From the NCBI GenBank assembly GCA_002269645.1, contig NIVC01001973.1:101848-165847 (forward strand): a stretch of DNA of 64,000 nucleotides, written 5' to 3'. The notes under the pieces are model-generated. The model made no database searches. It saw nothing but the letters and a program-made list of their open reading frames with translations, and had not been told where the DNA came from. The stretch's first letter is position 1; each line of letters starts with the position of its first letter. The translations under genes and the position numbers were made by a program. Source of the DNA: Macrostomum lignano. Its lineage: Eukaryota. This document shows, piece by piece, positions 37,192-49,900 of the stretch.

Positions 37192-40100
37192 CATCTATCT
37201 GTCTGTCTGTCTGTCTGTCTGTGCTCCATGCCACACACAAAAATTCATTCTATCTATCCTCCACAGCCTGAAAGCTTCGCTAGGCTCCCTGTCGGCACTC
37301 GGCTACGATGGCAGGCAGCTGGTTGCCACAGAGGCCTGCCGCTGTTGTCACACCAAGCTGCCAAACGGCCAGTCAAAATTTGTTAAACTCTGCCGACCAG
37401 ACAAATCGCCCTACATCCTGGATATTGGAGCCTGTCGCATTGTGCATTGCGTTGTGAGTTTTAATGCAAAAATCTCTAATTTCCGGAATTGGGCGGGCTT
37501 GTACACAACAATTGGGCATGGGGCTAGTCGTGTACAATAATATGATATGCAAAGTGTGAGATATTAGGGAAAGTTAGAGCCGATGTCTCTATACGATGTA
37601 CGATGGGTAACTCTTGTTTTTTTGACAACTCAAACGACTGTATTGAGAGCGGATCACCTAAGTTGCAAAACCATAAAATAGCTGCGAAAAAGTCGTCCAC
37701 CAGTCGTTGTGTTAGCGCTTAACTTTCTACTAAATGCGAAATGCGATTCTAAAATTCATAGAGTGACACTGGTGCGCTTTGGACGCAACTCAGCGATTTT
37801 ACAGCGGCTCTGGAACGCCTCAGTTACAACTCTGCAACCTGCAACGAATCTGAAACGAATTTGGGGCGACGCAAGTAGTATGTGACGCTTCTTAGCCCTA
37901 GGTACCGTTTTAATCGTGTGTGCATGCTCAGGGGCCAGTTTTCAGAGTCGTTGCAGGTAACAAGTATGATAAGAGAGAAGTAACTCTAGACGACTCAAAG
38001 TCGTCAAAAAGTCGCCGAAGGATCACATTGAAGTGTTTTATTGTCTGCGACTGAGAGAGTCGTATTTGAGGCGTGCTAGAGGCGCTGTAGAAACACTGGA
38101 TTCCATCATCAACTAGATGGGCCACTCAGCACATTTGCATGTAAGCTACTTTCAGTTCAGTAGTAAGTTAAACAGAAGCATTTTAATTTATTTTTAAAGC
38201 CAAGCCAAGGTTCATTTATTGCCTCTTATCTCCAGCTTAAACCCTCCAACCGCGCCTACCACACTACCCCCCCCGCATCGCCCCAATTTTTATTGCCTTT
38301 CTCGGAATTCCAGCCTAAAGCTGCCATGTACATTTCAGTGGACTGGCCAATGTACATTTCTGCTGAACCAAATAGCAAGGTGTTTACGCCTGGAAGTTTG
38401 GGCTTCTAAATTTATCAAAGTCATTTCAGCTGCCTTGAATTTTATAAAACAGCTTATGTATTCTTCTTTGCTACTGAACTGAAAGTAGGTAGAAAGCTGT
38501 TATACTGAGTATATATGCGTGAGTGCCCATCTAGTTATTCTAGTATCTGTGGTGTAGCCTATTGAACTCTTATTAGCCTACTAAGTTAGTAGAAAGTTAA
38601 GCGCCAACACAACGATTATTAGGAGGACTTTTTTCGCGGCTCTTTTACAATTCTATAACTCATGTGACGCGCAACAGTCGCCTCTCCGTCGCAGAGAGGC
38701 CGGCCGGCTGACGCCTTGATTTTTACACGCACCCTCTACCCCTCCATCAATACCCAACAGTCCACGGCAAATCGCCTAGCCAACTTTTTCCAAGTGTCAT
38801 CCTCATCCTCGGCCGCCGATGAGGCCGAGGAAGCTGAGCCGGAACTTGACGAGGAGCTGCTCAAAACTCTGCGCTTTCTCACACGTCGCGGCGTCGGTCG
38901 CAACGGCGCTGGTCGATCTGGCGGCACTGCCGAAAAAGATCGGCACCGATTCCGCGGCCACCTGGACGGCTTGTCGTTTCACCTGCCCACCGGACCTCTG
39001 TCGTCGGACCGGGGGCTCACCTGCCTGATGGACGAGGTGGAACTGCTGTGGCTGAAGACCGGCCCTGCAGAGTCCAATCTGGTTGATGAGCATCTCAGAC
39101 AGTTGTGCCTGGCGCCTGAAACTGCGCCCAACTCAGTGCACCAACTGACGCTTAGGCTGAGAATTGTTGCCAATCAGTGCATTGATAAGCCCATTGTTGA
39201 TGCCGCAATCGCCTGCGGTTTTGGCGTTAATGCGCCTATGGATTTGCCAAAGTGAGTAGTGAGATGCGATTTTGGTATCTTATTATAGAGATATTGGTAG
39301 CTTATAATTGAGTACTGGTAGCTTATAATTGAGTATTGGTAGCTTATAATTGAGTATTGGTAGCTTATAATTGAGTATTGGTAGCTTATAATTGGTATTG
39401 GTAGCTTATAATTGAGTATTGGTAGCTTATAATTGAGTATTGGTAGCTTATAATTGAGTATTGGTAGCTTATAATTGGGTATTGGTAGCTTATAATTGAG
39501 TATTGGTAGCTTATAATTGGTATTGGTAGCTTATGATTTGGCATTGGTAGCTTATAATTGAGTATTGGTAGCTTATAATTGGGCATTGGTAGCTGATAAT
39601 TGGGCATTGGTAGCTTATAATTGGGCATTGGTAGCTTATAATTGAGTATTGGTAGCTTATAATTGGTATTGGTAGCTTATAATTGGGCATTGGTAGCTTA
39701 TAATTGGGTATTGGTAGCTTATAATTGGTATTGGTAGCTTATAATTGGGTATTGGTGGCTGATAATTGGGGCATTGGTAGCTTATAATTGGGGTATTGGT
39801 AGCTTATAATTGGGGCATTGGTAGCTTATAATTGGTATTGGTAGCTTATGATTTTGTATTGGTAGCTTATAATTGGGTATTGGTAGCTTATAATTGGGCA
39901 TTGGTAGCTTATAATTGGGTATTGGTAGCTTATAATTGGGTATTGGTAGCTTATAATTGGGCATTGGTAGCTTATAATTGGGCATTGGTAGCCTATAATT
40001 GGGGCATTGGTAGCTTATAATTGGGCATTGGTAGCTTATAATTGGGCATTGGTAGCTTATAATTGGGCATTGGTAGCTTATAATTGGGCATTGGTAGCTT

Positions 40101-43100
40101 ATAATTGGGCATTGGTAGCTTATAATTGGGCATTGGTAGCTTATAATTGGGCATTGGTAGCCTATAATTGGACATTGGTAGCTTATAATAGGGTATTTGG
40201 ATTAGAACGGTTTTTAATGTTAGACCATTAGCTATATCAATCTAACGGTGACTACTATTTTACTAAACTATTCCGCAGAATGTCGTTAGTCTTCAAAACC
40301 CAAATAGTTCAACTACGGCTGAGTCCTGAGGCCCTAGCAACCGTTGCCGGGGCAGCCAAGTGGAGCGGGCCATCTCTAACCAGTCTGCTGGGCGTGCCTT
40401 CTGTTCTGCCGAATTTCTCCAAACAGCATGAGCAAGAAAATCCCAACAAGATTGAGAGCCCGCTAAAATGGCAGGCTTACGCGGTAGTTAACAAGTTGGT
40501 TGTTACCATGGAGACCACGAAGTTGAAGGCTCTGATTGAAAGGCTGCGATTGAATGCGGTGAAACAGCCTAACTGGCTTGAGGCCAGACTGTTTGTGGAC
40601 TTGCTGTCGGTTGAGGTGAGACTTAAATCTCAAAAACATTTTCTTTTAATACTTAATATCTGTGCCTGCTGTAATCCTCATGATTCACCTGCTGTAATCC
40701 TCATGATTCACCTGCTGTAATCCTCATGATTCACCTGCTGTAATCCTCATGACTCACCTGCTGTAATCCTCATGATTCACCTGCTGTAATCCTCATGATT
40801 CACCTGCTGTAATCCTCATGATTCACCTGCTGTAATCCTCATGATTCACCTGCTGTAATCCTCATGATTCACCTGCTGTAATCCTCATGATTCACCTGCT
40901 GTAATCCTCATGATTCACCTGCTGTAATCCTCATGATTCACCTGCTGTAATCCTCATGATTCACCTGCTGTAATCCTCATGATTCACCTGCTGTAATCCT
41001 CATGATTCACCTGCTGTAATCCTCATGATTCACCTGCTGTAATCCTCATGATTCACCTGCTGTAATCCTCATGATTCACCTGCTGTAATCCTCATGATTC
41101 ACCTGCTGTAATCCTCATGATTCACCTGCTGTAATCCTCATGATTCACCTGCTGTAATCCTCATGATTCACCTGCTGTAATCCTCATGATTCACCTGCTG
41201 TAATCCTCATGATTCACCTGCTGTAATCCTCATGATTCACCTGCTGTAATCCTCATGATTCACCTGCTGTAATCCTCATGATTCACCTGCTGTAATCCTC
41301 ATGATTCACCTGCTGTAATCCTCATGATTCACCTGCTGTAATCCTCATGATTCACCTGCTGTAATCCTCATGATTCACCTGCTGTAATCCTCATGATTCA
41401 CCTGCTGTAATCCTCATGATTCACCTGCTGTAATCCTCATGATTCACCTGCTGTAATCCTCATGATTCACCTGCTGTAATCCTCATGATTCACCTGCTGT
41501 AATCCTCATGATTCACCTGCTGTAATCCTCATGATTCACCTGCTGTAATCCTCATGATTCACCTGCTGTAATCCTCATGATTCACCTGCTGTAATCCTCA
41601 TGATTCACCTGCTGTAATCCTCAGACACCCTCCGCATCCCACCAGGATTTCGCAGACGCTCACCCGCAGCCGGTGGGCGCGGGCTCCAAGCTGGATCGCA
41701 GTCGACCTCTTCGCCTGCTTAGCAGCCAGCTCGATGCGGTCGAAGTTGCCGATTCGGGATTTGAGACACAAGGCGCAAAAATTGGCAAGCGTCTGAAACG
41801 GGTGCCCTATAAAATCCCGGACGAAGATTTCGGTTTTCTCAGCCTGTCGGCCGTGGTGTCGCCCGAACGAATGTCGGCGGAAACTCAACTGGACGCTCTG
41901 GGAGCCTGTCTGCAGCCCGACTGTCTGGCTGGCTGTCTGCACCTGGCCGAAGACGTGTGCAACCGGCTTGCCGACCTGCCGCTGCCGCCGCCTGTGCTTG
42001 CCGTGAGTTCTGCTCTGCTGACTGACTGACAGACAGACCGCTGATAGACAGACAGACACATTGATACACTAGGACAGACACTGGGACAGACACTGGGACA
42101 GACACTGGGACAGACAGTAGGACAGACACTGGGACAGATACTGGGACAGACAGTAGGACAGACACTGGGACAGATACTGGGACAGACAATGGGACAGACA
42201 CTGGGACAGACACTGGGACAGACACTGGGACAGGCACTGGGACAGACACTGGGACAGACACTGGGACAGACACTGGGACAGGCACTGGGACAGACACTGG
42301 GACAGACACTGGGACAGACACTAGAACAGACACTATGACAGACACTGGGACAGACACTAAGACAGACACTATGACAGACACTAAGACAGACACTATGACA
42401 GACACTAAGACAGACACTGGGACAGACACTGGGACAGACACTAAGACAGGCATACAGACACTAGGACAGACACTTAAGACAGACACTATGACAGACACTA
42501 GGACAGACACTATGACAGACACTAGGACAAACACTAGAACAGAAACTAGGACAGACACTGTGACAGACACTAAGACAGACACTAGGACAGACACTAGGAC
42601 AGACACTAGGACAGACACTGGGACAGACACTAGGACAGACACTGGGACAGACACTGGGACAGAAATAGGGACAGACACTGGGACAGACACTGGGACAGAC
42701 ACTAGGACAGACACTGGGACAGACACTAGGACAGACACTGGGACAGACACTGGGACAGACACTGGGACAGACACTGGGACAGACACTGGGACAGACACTA
42801 GGACAGACACAGGGACAGACACTGGGACAGACACTAGGACAGACACTGGGACAGACACTAGGACAGACACTAGGACAGACACTAGGACAGACACTGGGAC
42901 AGACACTAGGACAGACACTAGAACAGACACTGGGACAGACACTGGGACAGACACTGGGACGGACACTAGGACAGACACTGGGACAGACACTGGGACAGAC
43001 ACTGGGACAGACACTAAGACAGACACTGGGACAGACACTGGGACAGACACTGGGACAGACACTGGGACAGACACTAAGACAGACACTAGGACAGACACTG

Positions 43101-46100
43101 GGACAGACACTAAGACAGACACTAGGACAGACACTGGGACAGACACTGGGACAGACACTAAGACAGACACTAAGACAGACACTATGACAAACACTAGGAC
43201 AGATGCTAGGACACAACCCCTATTATTGCCTGCTACTCTTGAGTACCATCCCCACCCATCAATCAGCCGCAGCATTCCCAAGACGGCCCGGCGCGGCCGC
43301 ACCGCCGCATCCGCCAGTCGCCGCCGCCTCCAGTCAGCCTGGAGCTGCGGCTCACCAATGCCAGGCTGGATTTGGCCTCCGCCGAGCACCAGATCCTGTG
43401 CGTGTTCCGGCTGTCCGAGCTGCGCATCGAAGCTTCGGCCACCTACGAGCGGCCGGCATCGACTGGTGGCGCTATGAAGGAGTACCGGCTGAAACGCGAA
43501 CTACAGCTGGAGTGCACCGGTTTAGAAGCGGACACTGGCCGGTCCAGTCTGGTGCCCAATCGGCAAAGGCGTCGACTGTATGCCAAGCCGTTATTAGCCG
43601 ATTTGCCTGACGAGCCTGTGGCCAGAATTCGGATTACCAGTTGGCCAGCTGGTCCCGGCCCAAGCCGATTGGATATTGACTGCAAATTGAATAAAGTGCA
43701 GCTTGTACTTTTGCCCGAGCTGATGGCTGGGCTGAAGGTAATTAATATGCCTACTATTATGAACCTGGTTCACCTGAACTTGTTAAACAAAACTTTATGA
43801 CTTTAATCAACAGCATTCGCGTCCCTAGATGACCTTTAATGGCCATACAACCCTTGCAACACTAGATGGCCTTGAATGACCATCCAACCCTCGCGACCCC
43901 AGAGGACCCTGAATGACCATCCAACCCTCGCGACCCCAGAGGACCCTGAATGACCATCCAACCCTCGCGACCCCAGATGACCCTGAATGACCATCCAACC
44001 CTTGCAACTCTAGATGGCCTTGAATGACCATCCAACCCTCGCGACCCCAGATGACCCTGAATGACCATCCAACCCTCGCGACCCCAGATGACCCTGAATG
44101 ACCATCCAACCCTTGCAACACTAGATGGCCTTGAATGACCATCCAACCCTCGCGACCCTAGATGACCTTGAATGACCACCCAACCCTCGCGACCCTAGAT
44201 GACCTTGAATGACCATCCAACCCTCGCGACCCTAGATAACCTTGAATGACCACCCAACCCTCGTGATCCTAGGTGACCTTAAATGATCATCGAACCCTCG
44301 CGATTCTAGATGACCTTGAATAACCATCGATGTAACCCCCGTGACCTTAGCTGACCTTGAATGAGTATTTAACCCTCGTGACCTTAGATACCCTTAATGA
44401 TAATCTATTATCATTATCCTTGAATATTGGCGAATAACCCTTTTGACGTTCAATGACCTTGACTGGCAATCTAACCTTCTTGAACCTAAATGACCTTGAA
44501 ATATCATTCAACTCTGGCGACCCTAGATGACCTTGAATGAGCATGCAACCCCGTGACCGACCTTAAATGAACTTGAGTGGCCTTCCTACCGTCGAGACCC
44601 TAGATGACCCACTTTAAAATTATTTAATACGTGAACATCCAGCCATTAAAAAAATCCCAGGAGTTCAGCACTTCAATTCAAGAGCCGCTGGAGCAGCTGC
44701 AATCTCGCTTAAACTGGCAAGCTGGCGACGTACTTGAATCGGCCCAGACTGAGGTCAGTTTATAAAAATAATTTTTTCCTCAGATACAGTATGTCGATGA
44801 ATTTTTTGTTGAATTTTCAAAACCTGCCAGATTCGCCAAGCCGGCGGCCTGACAGCCCGGGCTGAGATCAGCGCGCCTCGACTCATCCTGCCGCTCCGTG
44901 GCGGCGCCGGAAACCGCGCCCTGTACGCAGACTTGGGCAGCCTGCTGTTGAGCAGCACCAGCTCCTCTGCTCAGTCAAATTCCGATGACACAACTGATGC
45001 CGTGCAATTCTACGAGTTCGGCTACAGTCGGCCGGCTTTGAAGGAGCTGTTCACCTCAGAGGATGCGGTGATGACGTCATCATCCGACATGGCTCTACTG
45101 GCTGATGAGTTGCGGGTTCGAATCTCTGGCTTGTCGGCCTCGGTCTGTCAGCTGGCCGCGGGCAGCCGCGTTGGCGATATTGTGGTTGCCGGGCAGGGTA
45201 GCAACCAACTCGGAAATAGTTCGAGACTGCTTCGGTTTTACGGCGAGAGCGACGGTAATAAAATCGGTAATGAGCAGCCGGTGCTCACTGCTCAGATTGC
45301 CAGGCTGCGGTGCTCGGATGCCACCATTTCTGACGAGCATTGTTGCCAAGCTTGGCTGGCTGTTGCCATGGAAACGCCCGGACTAAGGCTTGTAGCCGAT
45401 CGATCCGATTTGCTGTCGATTGCTTCGCTAGCGGCGTCGGAGATCGCCGAGAGCGGCGAGGATTCCGTTGATGGAGTTGATCAGCTGGGCCGGCCTGCGG
45501 GCACCAGGTGGGCCTACGACCTGTCCGTGGGAGCCTGCTCCGTCGGCTTGGTGCTGCGTCGGCAACGACCGTCAACGATCTGGCAGCTTCGGCTGGCTGA
45601 CGCCGGCGTTGAGGCCGTGGCGCATGACGAGAGCGAGGGCGAGGGCGGCGTCCAGAGAGAGCCGCTGGACAGATGGAGGTGAGGCTTGGCTAGTTTTGAG
45701 TGGGTATCTAGATTGTATCTGAGAGGGTATATAGATTGCGTCTGAAAGAGAATCTAGATTGCAACTGAGGGTATCGAGATTGCAACTGAGGGTATCGAGA
45801 TTGCAACTGAGGGTATCGAGATTGCAACTGAGGGTATCGAGATTGTCTCTGAGGGTATCTAGATTATATCTGATAGGGTATCGAGATTGTATCTAAGAGG
45901 GTATCGAGATTGCACCTGAGGGTATCTAGATTGCACCTGGGAGGGTATCTAAATCGTATCTTAGGGTATCTAGATTGCGCATGGGAGGGTATCTAGATTG
46001 CATCTGAGGGTATCTAGATTACATCTTAGGGTATCTAGATTGCATCTGAGGGTATCTAGATTACATCTTAGGGTATCTAGATTGCATCTTAGGGTATCTA

Positions 46101-46684
46101 GATTGCATCTGAGGGTATCTAGATTGCATCTTAGGGTATCTAGCTTGCAGCTGAGAGGGTATCTAGATTGCATCTGAGGGTATCTAGATTGCATCTTAGG
46201 GTATCTAGCTTGCAGCTGAGAGGGTATCTAGATTGCATCTGAGGGTATCTAGATGGTATCTGAGAGGGTATCTAGATCGTATCTGAGGGTATCTAGATCG
46301 AATCTGAGAGGTATTTAGACTGCGTTTAAGCGGATGACCGAAGCTGAAGCCAGATTAGTCCTGAGTACCTACCTGTACACGTAAGCGAAAAGTACGCGTG
46401 TACTCCCCAACAGTGCCATTATCTTTTTTCGCATCTTCCAGCATCTTCAGTCGCAGCGTCTCGAAGTCGGACTCGAACTCCAAACCTACCGATCTATTAT
46501 CGATTCGCAGTTTGCCTCGCTCGCTGACAGTTAGGTTGGCAGCCTGCCAATTGCGGCTGTGGCCTGATGAGCTGCCTCTGCTTAGCGACTGCATGGCAAC
46601 GATGGCTGCTCAGGGTCAGCCCGCGCCTAGCAACCAAGCCAAGCCTCGGGAAACTGGTAGGTTCTGTCTGCCTGTAGCCTGTCC

Positions 46685-46744
<60 letters not shown>

Positions 46745-46869
46745 TATCTGTCTGTCTGTCTGTGTATTTGTCTTTCTTATCTGTCTGTCTGTCTGTCTTA
46801 TCTGTCTGTCTGTCTGTGTATTTGTCTGTCTTATCTGTCTGTCTGTTAGTCTGTCTGTCTGTCTGTCTT

Positions 46870-46904
<35 letters not shown>

Positions 46905-49900
46905 TATCTGTCTGTCTTGTCTGTCTTTCTGTCTGTTAGTCTGTCTGTCTTTTTTCATTTTTTTCTTTGCTTATAGCAAGGATACAGCTATTTTCTCCTA
47001 TTTACAGCTATTTACTGAGAAACTTTTATTGAGTAGTAAGAGTAGTATTTTTTCTATTCTTTTCTCCAGAGCCATCGTCGGTCGCAGCCGCGGCAGCCTC
47101 GCCAGAGCAGCGATTTTCGCCCGCGCTGAGCGTTGAAACTTCGGCGTTGCGTGTGCAAATTTTTCAAAATGCTCGCCCCCAGCCAAATAGTAACCATGGC
47201 AACCAAACTGCTAGCGGCGGCGGCGGCGGCAACGCATTTTGCTTTCAACTTGGCGGTTTCAACGGCTCATTTAGCGAGACAGAATTGACTGATCTTTGTT
47301 TGACCTTTTATAAGGATGGCTTTCGGAAGCCAATGACACTGCAGGATTCTGCGATTGCTGATGGTGTTGAGGTGAGCGTTTGAAGGTCAAAAGTTTGTTA
47401 GCTTGCAAAGTTCCCCATTGGCTAGATTTTCACTGGGGATGTGGGGTGAAATTTTTATCCTTAACTGTGATCTAGTTGTGAGATTTCGATCACATGGTGA
47501 GATTTTGCGCTTAGAGTGAGATTTAGAACATATAATGAGATTTTGATCACAGGGTAAGATTTTGATCAAAGGGTGAGATTTTAATCACAGGGTGAGAATT
47601 CTATCCCAAATTCGAATCTAGCGTGAGATTTTGATGCCGAACTGTGAGATTTTGTTCGGACAATGAAAATATTTTGTTTAACTGTTGAACCTGTTGCCCC
47701 AACACTCGCAGCTGCTCAGCACCGAGACTATTTGTCTATCGCTGCCTGCTCCTACTTTGATCTTCAAATCACGACTCAATATTAGAATTGCTCCTTCCGC
47801 TGTGAGTAGCGCTGTTTCCATTGTCAACACTTGGCAACCGTTGCTAAGGCCTCAACAGACCGCTGGTGAGAGAGCAGTTGTTATTTTAATGAGTCTTTTT
47901 TGTCCAAACCTTTGCCTTGAATTATTATTTAAAAAGAAATCAAACTACTTGAAGTAGTTTAAATGAGTTTGAAAAAGTAATTCAATGTAGATTAGTTATT
48001 ATTAAAACAAAATTGCACGCACACTTGCCTTAATATGAGTAGTTATTCTGTTTTTTGTCTTATTTTTTAAATATTTTCATTTCTCTGCCAAGTTTTTTTA
48101 CAACACAAGTCGCCAATATTGCAGCCACCACCTCAGCGTCTCCAGCCTCATCTAAGATGGTAATGATAGATAGAAATATTCTAATTACAAAACTCAAGCT
48201 CTGCTTGTTTGGCGCTAGTCAAATTTATCTACTCAATACCCACACCGTGTTAATGGTGTTGAATGTTTCTTTCTATAATTTTGCATGCCTACTGAGTATT
48301 GAAGACTAATAAAAACTCTTGTTGAGTGTAGTGTAAATCTTTTTACCATAAACCACAGATAATAGAATTATCTAGATGGACAACTGAAGCAGGCACATTT
48401 ACTAAGTAAAACAGCTTTCTACTTTCAGTTCAGTAGCAAAGAAGAATACATAAGCTGTTTTATAAATTTAAAGGCAGCTGAAATCACTTTGATAAGTTTA
48501 GAAGCCAAAGCTTGCAAGCGTAAACAACTTGCTAATTGGTTCTGCCACAATGTACATTGCCCAGTCCACTGAAATGTACATGGCAGCTTTAGGCTGGAAT
48601 TCCGAGAAAGGCAATAAAAATTGGGGCGGGCGGAGGGGTGGGGTAGTGTGGAAAGGCGCGGTTTGGGCTTTAAGCTGAGGGGGGTAAGAGCCAATAAATG
48701 AGTTTAAATGGCTTTAAAAATGCATTAGAATGCTTTAGTTTGACTTACTACTGAACTGAAAGTAGCTGGCACGCAAATGTGCTGAGTGGCCCATTTAGTT
48801 ATTATAGTATGTGCTTTAAACTGATTTAATCTGATTTGTTGTGACTGTTAATATAAAATACTACTGACATTTTAATTACTAGTAGTATGTTGCGCGCGCG
48901 ACTATTTTGCCAACAGTGTTCTGCGAAGTTATAATAAATTCCTAAATGACATTGCTAATTTGCAGTTTGGCAGCTTGACTGTCGCTACAAATACCGTTTC
49001 CATGGTGATTGGCGACTCACCCACTGGCGCAGGCAGCGTTGCGTTTAGCCTTGACCATCTCACAGTTGGCTTTGAACATGTGAGTGTGGGCCAGCATCTC
49101 TTTTAGCCGTAGTGTTCTGTCAGCATGTCTGTTTGGCTTTGCACCTGGCAATTGTCTCTCTCTGTGTTTTTGTATCCTCGTGTCTGTGTTCTTGTGTCCT
49201 CTTGTTGTGTTTTGGTTTTTGTGTCCTTGTGTCCTTGTCTCTTTATATCTGTGTCCTCGTGCCTTATATTTTCTTTGTGTCCTTGTGTCTGCATCTGTGC
49301 TGTGTGTCCTTTCTGTATCCTTGCATCTTTGTCTACACATTCCCATATTAACTGCAGGCCTCCTGCTCTGCGACCTTCGAACGCCCATCCGCCAGCGCCT
49401 CGCTGACCAGCACAAGCGCGGAACTCATTGAAGAGCCTCTGCTGATTCTGGAGACTCCTTCATCTGATAGCTATCAGTCGGCCTGCACTTATCCGCGATT
49501 CCAACTTGCGGCCAACTGGTCTGCCGATGTTACATCCGTAGTGCTGTCCTGTCCGCTTCACAGAATCTGCTTGGTCGTGTCGCCTGCCGTAGCCGCTGCG
49601 ATCGCTCAGTTAGTCGAAAATTTGCGTCAAGCGTTTGCCGGAAGTAGACCAAGTACTAAAAATGACGATATCGGACGTGTACATGTCGCAGGAAATGAAA
49701 CTGAACATGAACCACCTAATAGCTTTAATGGTAACGATTCTGGACAAGAGAAACCAACTGGAAATGGTTCCGATGACGCTAGTAAGTGCAAAAATCAAAC
49801 CGGAACTATTTCTAGTAACGGAAATGGACGGAAAAATCGTACCGGAAGTGGTTCGAATGGAAATACAGTTCGAGAAACTCGAACCAGAGGCGTGTCAGTT

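Noticed and set aside
40662-41624. Regular 23-37-bp repeats as CRISPR arrays (also 35495-36550, 43822-44250, 55003-55440)
   Set aside because: Units are head-to-tail with no unique spacers, there are no cas genes, and the context is a spliced eukaryotic gene.
41839-43477. Long ORFs of 516, 380 and 251 aa (poly-SVPV, TDTG, CPSV)
   Set aside because: Translations of a stop-free 12-bp intronic minisatellite bounded by canonical splice sites.
38219-48694. Twin ORFs NFYCLSRNSSLKLPCTFQWTGQCT as a duplicated small gene
   Set aside because: Both lie inside copies of the same ~430-bp TIR element with no coding hallmarks.
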